From: Octopus bimaculoides
Lineage: Eukaryota
Assembly: GCF_001194135.2 (NCBI RefSeq)
Contig: NC_068998.1
Coordinates: 11,524,448 to 11,588,447 of the forward strand
Length of the DNA: 64,000 nt
Direction: 5' to 3'
Below the pieces are notes generated by a model. It was not told where the DNA came from and did no database searches. It saw only the letters and a list, made by a program, of their open reading frames with translations. A program made the position numbers and the translations under genes. How positions within the stretch are numbered: the stretch's first letter is position 1; the number at the start of each line of letters is the position of its first letter. Of the stretch, positions 11,881 through 25,546 are shown piece by piece.

Positions 11881-13411
11881 TTAGAGGCATTCTCTATCAA
11901 CGTAATCTGCCGCTGATATTGCTATCAATGTCATGATCATCACCATAATGTTCGGTTCTCTGTGCTAGGCATGTTGAGACATATTTTCTGTGGATGGATG
12001 CTCTTTCTATCACTTACCCTCACCTGTTTCCAAGCAAGGTAATGTTCCTCTATAGCCAGACATGTTTTACATGGAAAAGTGGAAACAATAGCGCTTGTAT
12101 GCTGGTGAGGCTCACTTACAACCATTGTGTGAGGCCAAACCAAAGACACACACAGACATATTGGTTTCAAATTTTGGCACAAAACCAACAAGTTCACTGC
12201 CAAATCAGACTGGAGCCTGGTGCAGCCTCTTGGCTTCCCAGACCCCAGTCGAGCCGTCCAACCCATGCCAGCATGGAAAACGGACGTTAAACGATGATGA
12301 TGATGATCTCAGTCCTTCTGGGCTTAAATTTTGTATCTCCAGATACTCTAATTATTTTCCTCATTTATTTCATGAAATGATTCAAACATTATTTGCCATT
12401 GAGCTTATATTGTTTTGGGGGTTTTTTCTCTCTGCAAAGTTATTTTATAATTAGTTTTTTGATGCTCGCTGCATTTAAATGTTAACCTTATCTTTTGTTT
12501 TCATACAAATGGCATCTCATTTTTAATTAACTTTTTGATGCTTACTCCAATAAATATGTTAACCCTGCTTTGTTTTCTTACAGATGACATCTCTGAGTAA
12601 TTAATTTTTCTCGATGATTAATTATTGTTAATTATGCTAATTTGCATGCCCGAACATGTACAGTATTGTAAATCTTTGTGATTCCCTCATTGTAAATTCT
12701 TGCTAGTACAGTGAAGCACAGATTTCTCTGAAGATTTCCAACGATATCAAAACATATCAAGAGTTAGCTCCCATGCTTACCAAACTTATACAAATAAAAT
12801 TACTCATTGATCTAATGCTATTTTTTGCCTCACCAAGTAATTATTTTTAATGCCTGCAGCATTAAATATATTACACTAATTTAGCAACTGTTTCACAAAA
12901 ACATTGGAAAGATCAAGGCAACACTTTTATCTTAGTATTCATAAATAATCATTATTCTATCTATGGTTTGGTATATAATTATATAAAGTAACATTGTCTT
13001 TTAGGTCTGTGTCAGCCAGCATTGAAGGGGTCTACGATCAAAGACTTCCCATCTATTCTTGTTTTCAACATAGTATCAAGGACTACATTATCCAATTCTT
13101 TGTTTCTTAAGGACTTTTTTTTATAGGATATGATTTGAATAAGACTAGACTGCTATTTCTAGCCGAGTGAGATAGACGAGCAATGTTTCTAATTTGTGTA
13201 AGCTCCCCCAGACTAAATTCCTTAAGTCAGGAACAATTGTTGGCCAAATGAGGGTTTGGACTGTCCATATTTTAAAACAAAAACAAAAAAAAAAAGAAAT
13301 CGAAAAACAGTGGTAAGTTTTAGAATTAGGGGGCGGGGGGAATATTTAGAAAAAAATTTATTGCATAATTTGTGTGTCCCCCAATTTATTTTTCCAAAAT
13401 TTCTTCTAATG

Positions 13412-14065
13412 TCTATGTTTTCGATATAGGAAATTAAGATTTTGCCACAAGAACACATTCTCAAAATTTTGATTTCCCTCTCTCCAACCCAAGCTTTTCA
13501 TTTTTAACTTGTAGTGAATCTTGCAGGCATGAAGTGGATTATTGTAATCCACATACAAAAATACAGATGACGAATTTTTAAGAATTAAAAAAAAAAAATT
13601 TTCTTAAAGAAATACTCAAATCCCCTTCCCCAACCTCCACACTTTCAAAAAGCTAAAAACTCCGAATGTTTCACTTTTAGCTTTTTAGAAAGCAGGGAAG
13701 TTTTTCCAGAAATAATGTCGTTTACCTGTTGTTTCTAGCATGTCGGGTTTTCTAGTGGTGGTCTGATATTTTTTACGTCTGCTATTTCAGTAGAATTCTA
13801 CGCATGCGCGAAACATCAGACGAAAGTGAAACATACTGAGTTTATAGTTTTTTGAAAACGGGGAGATGATGGGTGGGAGAAGGAACGTTGAGTGTTTCTG
13901 AAAGAAAAAAATTCCCAGATTCGTAATCTCTATTTTTCTACGTAGATTAAAAAACAAAATTCGAAAAAAAAAGTTAAAATTAATAAATTGGGGGTGGGGG
14001 AAATTAAAATTTCGGAAACGTGATTTTGGGGCAAAATCATGTTCTCCCTATATCGAAAACATAGA
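13412..14065. repeat. Degenerate long inverted repeat (arms ~250-270 bp, spacer ~143 bp)
   Basis: Arms 13412..13678 and 13822..14065 align as reverse complements by eye, with a perfect 19-mer TCTATGTTTTCGATATAGG at the outer ends. Confidence 0.8.
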
Positions 14066-14443
14066 AATCCGAAAAAAAAATTTGAAAAAAAAAAAAAGGA
14101 AGAAAACACCGAAATAGGTGGTGTACACGTCGTTTACTTTCGCCGCTTGCCTTATGACGCTTGTCATTCGAATATATTTATTATCGCTTTCTTCACACAA
14201 CATAGATTTCGAAATTGTAGTGGTATTTAGTTTCATTCATTCATATATATTAAAAAAAAAGGCATTGCATCGTTTAATCCTGCTGTTTCCGAGAATATCT
14301 TACCAGCCAGGTCGCATATGAATCAAAAAGCTATAAGATCAATTTATATAATTGACAGCAAAATTTAAAAAAAAAGGTATCTTGTAACAAAATAGAAGAT
14401 TAAATATGTCAGCCAAGATCAATAGAAAAATAAAACATGTCAA

Positions 14444-14451
14444 CCGGAAAT
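14444..14451 (+). promoter_or_regulatory. ETS-type motif (CCGGAAAT) in the putative AP1M1 promoter
   Basis: caaCCGGAAATg lies in a CpG-retaining zone about 140 bp upstream of a GTAGGT donor. ETS sites are typical of housekeeping promoters. Function is inferred. Confidence 0.4.
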
Positions 14452-14587
14452 GAGCTCATACTGTTGCATGCTGGTCTAGGCTAATTTCCTGTATGCCAGC
14501 GAAGTAATCTGAGCGACGGGCACCACCTTCGGATTGCCTCAACTGTCGGCATTTACTCCTATCTACTGAGGCTGACGGGTTCTGCTG
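14452..14587 (+). other. AP1M1: Probable non-coding first (5' UTR) exon of AP1M1; start approximate
   Basis: GC/CpG-richer segment ending in CTG|GTAGGT (donor at 14588). The ATG-bearing exon has an acceptor at 22491-22492, so an upstream exon is required. No transcript data. Confidence 0.5.
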
Positions 14588-17500
14588 GTAGGTTAAAATG
14601 ATTTTAGACACATCCCATTATTCATAATTAAATTATTGTCTCCACTCCATCTTGCAGCCTGCTCTAATTTCACTTAAATACTTCCCGAGCTTCTAAGCAT
14701 ATGTCTCTTATCTGTTGTTACTTCTCCCTTTCTACAACGACATATTTACTTCGCATTTTTTGCTTCCCATCCCGCTTCTATTTACATTTCTATAAATTGC
14801 ATGAAATAATCATCTAATTTTATTACAGATCTGTTTCGATTAATTAGTATTGTCGTTCATTCTCTAAGTAATCGATTTCACATTCTATAACTGTCAATGT
14901 AATACTCAGCCACATAACACATATACACACACACACACACACACATCACATAACTGTCCCTCAAGAATTGTCTAATTGTCTTTTCATTATTACTTTATAG
15001 CAATTATTTAAAACGTCGTTATATATAACAAAACAGAATATGTGAAAGTATATGCAGATACAAAAAAAAAAAGCTACTAGTAATTCACAGAATACCAATT
15101 GTGTTTACAGATCTAAGAATATACCAGGTTATTTACAGAATCTCTTCGGAAGCAGCTAATAAATGGTTTTTAATATCGATATATGAATGGATAAATGGAT
15201 GTTTTGTAACTGATTCTGGTAATTTTCTTTTTTAGAGTCAATCAGAGATGAGGTGTAGCATGTTTAATAACCAAACTGATCTGATGGTTTCGGTTACGCC
15301 TCTTTTCCTAATTTCCTTCGTAACACGTCAATAATTCATTAGTGTTATTTACTACCCCTGTCGAGGAAATCGAGTTACTTTTGCGATAAGGGAGAACACA
15401 TATTTGTTTAGTTTCTTACCTGTAGATCATTTAGGTTTAGTATTTAATAAAAAGATCGTGCTTTTTCTTTTTTCTTTTTTGATCGATATAAACAATTTTC
15501 CTTTGAGATGAAGATTTATATACGCTATAAATGATGTTATAGAAAGTGGGCGATAATTTAATTGAATTATCTTATTTCATTCGTCAACGTGTAAATAAAT
15601 AAATGGTGTGTGCGTGAAAGTTTCTTGAAAGAAAAAAAATGAGTTGATTTGTCGTGAGGAATGAAAAATGCAACTTTTCAGACAACAGAGTTGCCTAGAA
15701 GCAAGGAAACTGCTAGTTCTGTCTAGGTACCGACTTTTTATCCCAATTCATATTTCTATCCTATGAACTCACCGATCTACACTACCCAACCTTAATCACG
15801 TTCTACATCACCTAGTCTTCTACCTGTTAACTCTACTCAATTCCTCAGATCACTTTGACCAAATTCCTTCATGACAACACAGTCTGGAGCAACCTTCGTG
15901 TTCATATACTCTGATTTTAACAAAACTGTTAACCAGGGGGTCACCAGATTCTTTTTGTAATGGCCCACTTTTGATTATTGCTCTTATTTTGTTTAAACTT
16001 GTCTTTTCCCACCTGTATATATTACGGTACAAAAATTTCCCCATTTACATTACTGACAATGTTTATGCAACCAAAAAAATTGAACAAACCCCGACACAAA
16101 AGACTATCTGAAAGCCATCACATGTTGACAGGGCCAGAAATACATTAAATTTGAAAATTCTTTATAAAAAGTCCGAGGCTCACATTGAACCCCTTAATGA
16201 CTCATTTACAGATTGCGGTCCACCTGTTGCCCTTTGTTTAAAAGGAATATAGTGTATAGTTCTACCTTCTCGTGCTAATTAATGAAATTTACAGTTTTTT
16301 TTTTAAGGATTGTGAATTTTAACAAAAGACTATTCATCTTAATAAGGTTAAGTTTTGAATAGTTGATTTATTTCTAAACATTTTCTCAACTGCTAAGATC
16401 ACTTCAGACTGAGGTGGAAGAAACTACGAGCGCATATGCCTTTAATTAAAACCTTACAGAAAGCATCTTATTGTCTACCTGGGTAAGACACGCCATTCTG
16501 TGTTTAAAATACACAAGAAAGTTAACTTACGAGAGACTAGCGTTCTATCCATAGATAACTGTCTCTCTCATTTACTTATCTGTTATACATACCACGATTA
16601 AACAGTGGGCATCACAATTCCTTTTACTTTCAGTGGGCATTCTGTACACAAGACTTCCGTCTCTGGGGAGAAAGTTTGCACAGGTAACCTACATGGCTAA
16701 TTATACTCATTCTCCACTCCTACCTAATGATTCATGCAAAAAAAAACAAAAAACTATACATCTTATTTAATGTAGTTGTTATGGTGATAGTAATTTTTTT
16801 AGGAATTGTATGCTAACCATTGCTGTATGGTAAAAAAGAATGATTTGGAAGTGTGTACCATATTTTCTTTTACATGATCATCTGTTATTATCCAGCCTTC
16901 AAGTTTTTCTTAGTGGCTTAGTCAAAGGAAGTAGGGCATTCATTACTTTAACTCTTCTCAGGGTCTCTCTGACTTCAGACTAGGGATGTTGCCTCAGTAC
17001 TTTGCAAAAGGCACCCAAGTGGCAAGGTGGTAGTGTTAAAAAAAGGGGTAATGGATTAAGCATATGGAATCAAAAGCTTATGGACAGATAAATGAATAAC
17101 ACATTTGTTCATTTTTGGTATTTAATCCTTTTGAACTATCTATCTGGATTAACAGCATTTCTGAAAGTACACTACCCCCAGTAAAAAAAAAAAAAATTTA
17201 ATAACATCTATGCAGATGTTATAGAACAGTGTATTAGTGTATTAATATGAAGGTTTGGAGGAAGCAAACCCTAAGTTGCATATCAGAAAGAGATGAAACA
17301 GTACTTGGAATGGTATATTTATACATTTCTTAAGTGCTTATTATTTTGTTGGCAGTATAGAATAGAATACTTAATTTTAGTTAGATTTGAATCTTCGGTG
17401 AATTTGTTTAGAAAGAATTTACTGCTAGTGAAAAAAAAGAGAAAAAAATAACTATTGCTGAATAATTGCCAACTTTGTTAATTATCTTACTATTTAAACA

Positions 17501-18224
17501 ACAAAATAATTGGAAGGGCAATCATTATAAGATCAGGCATCTAGATGAGAAAGAAACAAAGTTGCAGTCCAAGGTTCTTTATAATAGGTAAAGAATAGAG
17601 TCTATTCTATTTCTTTTCTTTTTCAGTACAATTATTAAAACACTACTTGCATCATCCTCTCATTAGGGTGTAGCTCATTAAAAGTTCATATACCTAGAAA
17701 CATGTACAAAACTGGTTGTATTTTGGCAACACGTTTCATTTGGCAAAAAAGATTATGGTGTCACAATTTTCACCACATAGCTGCAACCTGTTCACAGTTG
17801 TGAAACTGCATTAGCAATCAGGTTGTCATTGGGTGATGAAAATTTTGATACTTCAAGAAATTTGTTGAGGCAGATTTTCTTAGCCCAGGTGCCCTTCCTG
17901 TCACCAATGTTCACCTGTTTTCAAGCTAAGTAACATTTCCCATACCCAGACATGTTTTTCCATGAAAGACTGGAAACGAACAACATCACTGTCGTAGTGA
18001 TGTTCCTTTGCAACCATTATGTGATGTCAGAATGAAGTTACACACATATGCACATATATACGATGGGCTTTGAAGGCTTTTGTTGGCCCCAGGGCTTCAG
18101 AGGATGACACTTGTCTATGTATCGCACAGCAGGACTGAACCCGAGACCATATGGTTGAGAAGCGAGCTTCTTAATCACACAGCCATGCCTGCACCTATTA
18201 TGTACATCTAAAAGATTGGATAGA

Positions 18225-18615
18225 TAAGGGTGGAATGGAATTCTTGATAGATAAAAGATGGTCTTGTTAAGTTGTTAAAGAAACCTGCCTTATTAGTTTG
18301 GGACCATCTTCAGATTCACACACTCGAGCTTATTTAGAGGAAAGTCGGACAACCAAAAACCAGGAAACCTAACCATTCACTAGCTGCCTTTAGATGTCTC
18401 AATAAGCCATTTAAGGGATTCGGAAGGGAGGAATGGAACAAATAGATGCAAGCTTTCAGACCGGGAAGTGGTGCCAAAAGAATGAAGAAGAGATCTGCTA
18501 TTACACAAATGTTTGAGAAGGTTAAAAGTTCATTGAACGCTGTAAAAGAAGATGTAGTTATGAAATCATTTAAAAAAAAAAAATGTAGCGTTACAAATGC
18601 CCTGAAGACAATTTG
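18225..18615 (+). mobile_element. pogo-type DDE transposase C-terminal fossil
   Basis: KKPALLVWDHLQIH...CLNKPFK...EWNK*M...VKSSLNAVKEDVVMKSFKKKKCSVTNAL. Confidence 0.72.
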
Positions 18616-19136
18616 TTGTTTCAAGAAAATTTTACTGGTGCAGACCGTGCTGCTGAGAATTCCAGCAATAAAGGGGAATGATATGAATGCCAGCAGTTTT
18701 CAGGCTTTGAAGATACTGTTTTACTTTATCCTGGTGTTGTGGACGATGATAATTAAATAAACTCTCATTGTATATAGTTTTTATTTTATACACCTGTATT
18801 TACCTCTTGCTGTGTCATATATTCTATATGCTCTTCATTGAAAAACCAGTTTCTGGTAGAATATATTTGATTTGTTTTTCCCCAACTGCTTGTTTGTGCG
18901 CTAATATTAGTGAAATATTTGCTCTCTTTTACTCTTTTGCTTGCTTCCGTCATTTGACTGCGGCCATGCTGGAGCACCACCTTTAGTCAGAAGAATCGGC
19001 CCCCAGGACCTATTCTGTCGGTCTCTTTTACCGAACTGCTAAGTTATGGGGACGTAAACACACCAACATCAGTTGTCATGTGATGGAGAGGGTACAAACA
19101 CACACACACACAAAAACACACATGGGTATATATATT

Positions 19137-19170
<34 letters not shown>

Positions 19171-19181
19171 GGTATATATAT

Positions 19182-19224
<43 letters not shown>

Positions 19225-21284
19225 ACAGGATTCTTTCAAGGTAGAATTTAATTATCATTTGTATCAGGTCTTGTAAGACCAGATGTTGCAAGTGTCCTCT
19301 TTGCTCTCTCGCAATTCTCCTAAGCTGTATGCATGTGTGCACACAGCACACAAAAAGTTAATTGCCTTAAAAATACAGTAATTAATAATCATATTGTTTT
19401 GCATTCAGTGCACACATATTTTGTCATAGGAAAAATATCTACTGCACATTAACTATTAAGAATTAGAAAGAACATTACTGTTGTCTACTGGATAGTGGTA
19501 GAATTGTAGGTGCAAAAAGCTTTTAAGGTTGTGTACGTGAGTGCTAAACGTAGCATTAAAGTTGGTAGTGAGCTCAGTGAAGGGTTTTGTGTATAGGTGT
19601 TTTTAACTCTCTCTCTCTTTTACTCTTTCATTTGTTTCAGTCATTTGACTGTAGCCATGCTGGAGCACTGCCTTTAGTCGAGCAAATCGACCCCAGGACT
19701 TATTCTTTGTAAGCCTAGTACTTATTCTATCGGTCTCTTTTGCTGAACCGCTAAGTTACGGGGGACACAAACACACCAGCATCAGTTGACAAGCGATGTT
19801 GGGGGGACAAACACAGACACACATACATATACACATACATACATATAAATATNNNNNNNNNNNNNNNNNNNNNNNNNNNNNNNNNNNNNNNNNNNNNNNN
19901 NNNNNNNNNNNNNNNNNNNNNNNNNNNNNNNNNNNNNNNNNNNNNNNNNNNNNNNNNNNNNNNNNNNNTATATATATACATATATACGACGGGCTTTTTT
20001 CAGTTTCCATCTACCAAATCCACTCACAAGGCTTTGGTCGGCCCGAGGCTATAGTAGAAGACACATGCCCAAAGTGTCATGCAGTGGGACTGAACCCGGA
20101 ACCATGTGGTTTGTAAGCAAGCTACTTACCACACAGCCACTCTTATGCCTATGTATCTCTGTATCATTTGATTCAGAATTTGAGAGACAATCACAAAGAA
20201 GATTTAAAATCCTCTTATTGTGGAAATTGGACATATCCACACAAAATTTCATTACACTTAGCTACAAAAAAACAGTTTTTTATACCAATTTATCTTTTGT
20301 TGGGGAATGTCATGTTTGAAACTATTTTTTGCTATGTCAGAGTTATTGAGGCAATGTGACCTGCATAAATTAACAATTCTATTTTTTGGTAGATCTTTAT
20401 TAACATCATTACTGGAATGACCATGAAATTTGATTTCACGGTTAAAGAGTTAAACTAACGACCTAATCCTTATTGCAGATTATGTTAAAGAGCAGCAAAC
20501 TGTCCTAACTATAAACTTAAGTCAAACCATGAAAGTGTGAACCTGACTAACACAATGGACTTAGTTTGTTTACATTTATTATCGTGAGCTATAAAGTCCA
20601 ACAGTATCTTTGATTGTCGCTTACTTGGAAAGGTAGACAGAAAGTAGATGGGGGCGTAATAATGTGTAATTAATGCAAAGAATTAGTACATGCGGTACGT
20701 GAGTATTTTGAAAATACCTTATAGGGTGACGACTGTGCTCTGCATAGTTACAGGCTGCCCTTTGGCAAGATATAGTACCTGTTCAGCCATCTTGCCAGAG
20801 ATGCTACAAATTCATGGGGCTGCAGCATGGCAGATTGTGAAGAGGTAGACCTCAAATGAACCAATGGTGCTTCTTACAGTGATGCTGAGCGGAGAAATCC
20901 TAGAAGATCAACAGTTAGGATCACCAAACTCTATCAAGAGAGTAACTGCAATGCATCCATTAGGGTTGCGTAATCAGCTAATGAAAAATCCACTATGATT
21001 CAAGCTCTTAATTCTGATTCATAATAATGGAATTGGATGGCAACAGAGAGTCATGGGAATATGCAGAAGCAGTGGAAAAGAAATTAATATACAAAAATTA
21101 GTCAAACAAAAATCAAAATGTGATATCCTTCATGTAGTATAGCTAGGGCAGGCTGAAGGTGGAATCAGTACATTTGGAGTGGCATACAAACACACACACA
21201 TACACTCATTCACCAAATAAAATGGATGACTGAATGACTGACAACAAGAGCAGTATTAATAGACATATGCATACATGTTTTATG

Positions 21285-21508
21285 TATGGGGGCGGGGTCT
21301 GAAAAGTTCCTGGTTTTAAGGTTATCAGAAAAGGCCTGGCCGGAGGCCCAACTTTTTGAGTTCTTTTACAGAACTTCAAGAAACTGAAGGACCACTGCAA
21401 TAAGTGTGTGAATCGGAGAGGGGAATATGTTGCATAAAATCATAATTAACTGATCCTCCTGTATTTTCTTTTACCTAAAGCCAGGAACTTTTTCAGCACC
21501 CACCTTAT
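21285..21508 (+). mobile_element. mariner-derived MITE
   Basis: Inverted ends CTGAAAAGTTCCTGG / CCAGGAACTTTTTCAG, TA flanks, and an internal transposase tail KKLKDHCNKCVNRRGEYVA*. Confidence 0.75.
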
Positions 21509-22511
21509 ATATATGACATAATTAGTGTTGTAAAGAAGAAGCAAGTTAAATAGTATAATGTCTATTGTTTGCTATTGTTTGACAATAAACCTTTCTTCTC
21601 ATATCAAAACCTATCTATATGAGACATGAAATGTATGGTCATGTGCTATTTGTACTCTTCTCTTTTCCTGACTGATTTTAGTCCTTGGACGAGACTGAGG
21701 CTACATTGGGTTTTCAAAATATTTTTTTTTTTATATCTGCTTATTTAACAGAATCAATTAATACAGCTTTAATATATTTAGTAATACCTGTACTTTGTTC
21801 TCATTAATCTTAGAACTTCTAACCTAAACACATTATCTACAAATATCATAATTAGAAAATCTCAATTAATTTTACCTGATACTATCATTATTTCTCCTTA
21901 TCAGATGTTTTTTCTGTCTTTTGTGTTTGCGTGTGTTTGTGTATATATGTAGGGTTTATTTTGAGGCTGTCATTTCAAGTTTGTTCTTCACATATTACAT
22001 ATTACATATTACATACTTCATCACCTTCAACTTGATGTTTCCTGTATTATAATCATCACTACCTACAAACTGAATAATTACAAACAATGAGGAGGGCTCC
22101 ACATACAAGAAATATTATCCATAACTGTAATCTCGATCAGTTATGAATTCACTCAACAGTANNNNNNNNNNCCAACTCATCTTCACTAACATACAAATTC
22201 GTGGTCTTTTGTCTATGAAAATAACAATAATAATAGTAATGATCATTGTTATTATTAATTGCAGATGCAGAAATGCATCTCCAATCGACAATGTTGGGTA
22301 GGCTGGATCTGGCCAGTTTGAACATAAAACAGGAAGAATATTTGGGCCGGATATGATTGGTTTAAATGCTAAAGATGTGTGTGTCTGTTAAATTTTAAGT
22401 TTTCTTTCAGCTCTGAAACATCAACCAACTATTGTTTGAAACAAGCTTAATTAATACTAATGCTACTATTTTGACCTCCTTTATACTTTCAGACAAATAT
22501 ACTGTGGAATC

Positions 22512-22553
22512 ATGTCTTCCTCAGCGATCTATATTTTAGACGTCAAAGGAAAG
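22512..22553 (+). CDS. AP1M1: AP-1 complex subunit mu-1, coding exon 1 (MSSSAIYILDVKGK)
   Basis: Acceptor tttcag ends at 22492, ATG at 22512, 42 nt, donor GTAAAA at 22554. Matches the mu1 N-terminus. Confidence 0.93.
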
Positions 22554-23163
22554 GTAAAAATGATTTTTTTTTAATTATTCAATTAATTTTCTTTTTCTTT
22601 GTTTTTTTTTTTGTTTTTTTGTTTTTTTTTAACAAAATTAAAATTCACATTTTCTATGAATTTGAATTTTAGATTTCTTTTGGATTCCCTGAAGTTTTCT
22701 GAAATAAACCCTGTTGCAATCACATTCTCACCTCTTTCATATGTGTGTGCATACTTGCGTGACTTCTGTGTGTGCGTTTGTGTGTTTAGTATGGCTGAAC
22801 TCACTCCTCAATTACAAGATTCAATGTTCTTTCCTTTAGCATGGTGTCTTGAACCAATATCTTTTACGATAGCTACAGGCTGAAATGTATCTTGTAATTG
22901 AAATAAGGCAAACGGAAACTGTGTGGAAGCTCATCAGGCGAACTGTACCTGTAATTCAAAAGTCTGACTTTGTCGCACTCTTTACCATATTGATTCTGCC
23001 TGAGAATTATTTTAAGGGCACATGTATCAGATTTAGGGAACTTCATAATATAACTTCATGATATTTCCTATATTAAATAGTTTTAGAGTATCAATGTTTT
23101 ATCATTAATCAAAATCATTAATCAAAATCAATAAGCTTTCTTTTAATTGTTTCTTTGTTTCAG

Positions 23164-23388
23164 GTGCTGATATGTCGCAACTACCGAGGAGATATAGATA
23201 TGTCAGCGATTGACAAGTTTATGCCACTGTTGATGGATAAGGAAGAAGAAGGGAATGTGACGCCCATACTACAACATGGAAATATTGCCTATGTCTACAT
23301 AAAATACAACAACCTCTATTTAGTGTCAACTACCAAGAAAAATGCTAGCGCCACTATGGTCTTTTCATTTTTACATAAAATTGTACAG
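23164..23388 (+). CDS. AP1M1: AP1M1 coding exon 2 (VLICRNYRGD...FLHKIVQ)
   Basis: cag|GTG acceptor, 225 nt, donor GTAGGT. Longin-like domain sequence. Confidence 0.97.
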
Positions 23389-23824
23389 GTAGGTATATTA
23401 TCTGTAAACTGTCCATCACCAACTTAGATATTTATGCATCAATATAATGCAGCATTCATTTTTAGTTTTTAGTTCTTTTTTTTTTCTGAAGGTGGCAGAC
23501 CTGCAGAATTGTTACTACACTGGACAAAATGTGCTTAGTGCTTTTTCATCCAGCTTTACATTCTGTGTTCAAATTCTGCCAAGGCATTTCATTCTCTCAG
23601 ATTTGATAAAACAAGCACCAGTTGAGCACCAGGTTCAATAGAATCAACTAGCCCCCATCCCCAAAATTTCAAGCCTTGTGCCTATAATAGAAAGAATGTA
23701 AGCTTTGATATATAATGAGTAAGAATACATGAAAAAAAAAAAAAAGGTTTAATCTCTATATTTTCATCCTCTCATCTATATAATTATCTTATTAATGATT
23801 CGATGTCGTTTGCCACCACATGCT

Positions 23825-24005
23825 GATTTGTTTGTTAGTGGTTGGCGTTAGGAAGGGCATCCAGCTGTAGAAACTCTGCCAAATTAGATTGGAGCCTGGT
23901 GCAGCCATCCGGTTGCACCAGTCCTCAGTCAAATCGTCCAACCCATGCTAGCATGGAAAGCGGACGTTAAATGACGATGTTGATGATGATGATGATGATG
24001 ATGAT
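23825..24005 (+). mobile_element. SINE/RTE-tail family C ending in (GAT)n
   Basis: AGGAAGGGCATCCAGCTGTAGAAAC...GGACGTTAAATGA plus a (GAT)n tail. At least 12 copies in both orientations, e.g. 2345, 10860(-), 12170, 31928(-), 33084, 44200, 54690, 56130(-), 57785(-), 59150. Confidence 0.8.
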
Positions 24006-25415
24006 ATAGCTTTGGCATTCAGGATTGTTATATAGTTAATGCCTTTATAATCCTCAGTCCCTATAGTGTTAAGTAGATTAGATAAATCACTCCTTTTGTT
24101 TAGCATTTGGTCCAGCAGACTTATTAAAAGAATTTTAGTCATGACTGGCTTAGGTTTTTTTTCAGACGTTATTTCAAATTACATGGTCTAGTTGCTAGAG
24201 TGTTGTATGCCCAATTGCGAGATTCTGATTTCACCTTCCAGACCAGTTGTATGTCGTGTTCCCGAGGAAGACACTTCATTTCACATTGCTCCAGTCCACT
24301 CAGCTGTAAATAGGTGGTAACTCTGCGATGGACTGATGCTATGTTCAGTGGGAATGTTGGCCTACCCACCTAGCCAGTAGGATGGCATCATTTGTAGGGT
24401 AGATGTGAGAGGCCAGATCTGGCTGGTTTGAACATAAGATGGAATACTTAGGCTGAATATGATCAGTTTAAATGCTAAAGGGTTAACACAGTAAGGTATG
24501 ATTTGAAAAAAGATTTGGCTGCTATTTCTAACAGGTTTACCAGAATAGGAGTTGGATCCTTTCAGGGGTTGAATAAAATAACAATCAGTTGTGTCTGGCA
24601 GAATCCTTGGAATATTGGATAGGATACCTTGTGGTATTTGTTCTGGCTCTTTGCATTCAGCATTTAAACCCCATCTACTTAGGTGGTAGGCTTAATCTAT
24701 TGCCTGCTGTAAACCACCTCCCAGCATCTTGGGTGCCTTTAAAAGAGGCTTTTCTGCTGCAAGCACTCAGGTCTCCAGCTTCAAAATAATTTCTTTTTTC
24801 CTCCTACCCATCTTAGAAGCCCTAAAAAAAAAAAGGTCATTGGCACTATTCTTTCTTATATATANNNNNNNNNNNNNNNNNNNNNNNNNNNNNNNNNNNN
24901 NNNNNNNNNNNNNNNNNNNNNNNNNNNNNNNNNNNNNNNNNNNNNNNNNNNNNNNNNNNNNNNNNNNNNNNNNNNNNNNNNNNNNNNNNNNNNNNATATA
25001 TATATATATAAAATACAATGAATTATATTGCTGAAGTATGGCCACTGTCAGTTGACTAAAACCAGACATGTCTGGCTAGTGGGGAAATATTACTTTACTT
25101 GGAACTAGGTGAGGGTCAGCAACAGGTGGGACGTCCAGCCACAGAAAATTCTGTGTGACCCACATGAGCATGGTCAAAAGGTCATTAAAATGATGATGAC
25201 AGTTTAATCCAGTCTAAGACAGCATAGAAAAAGAAGTCTACTGATGGGACTTGAGCTCGGTGCCTGTCACTTACCTGGTAACCAATTACACCACTAATTA
25301 CTTACATTCAAACTTTAATCAATTAATTCTTTACTCTGCACTCATTGTTTCATAAAATTACATTTCTATCTCGAATTGATTGGGTTTTGTTTTGTTTTGT
25401 TTTTTTCCCCCCCAG

Positions 25416-25546
25416 ATTTTTGCTGAATATTTTAAAGAACTAGAAGAAGAAAGTATCCGTGATAATTTTGTAGTTATTTATGAGCTTTTGGATGAAATAA
25501 TGGATTTTGGTTATCCCCAGACCACAGATAGTAAAATATTACAGGA
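25416..25546 (+). CDS. AP1M1: AP1M1 coding exon 3 (IFAEYFKELEEESIRDNFVVIYELLDEIMDFGYPQTTDSKILQE)
   Basis: Polypyrimidine tract plus cccag acceptor, 131 nt, donor GTAAGT. Contains the signature YELLDExMDFGYPQ. Confidence 0.97.

Noticed and set aside
13822-13832. GAAAGTGAAAC, ISRE/IRF-like motif
   Set aside because: It is part of the inverted-repeat arm, mirrored at about 13667-13678, so it is probably repeat-derived.
15700-16260. Possible GIY-YIG/Penelope remnant (…VNSFVKIRVYEH…)
   Set aside because: Similarity is too weak to call without a profile search.
20640-21100. Possible Helitron-like coding remnant on the minus strand
   Set aside because: Only a vague resemblance and no diagnostic motif.
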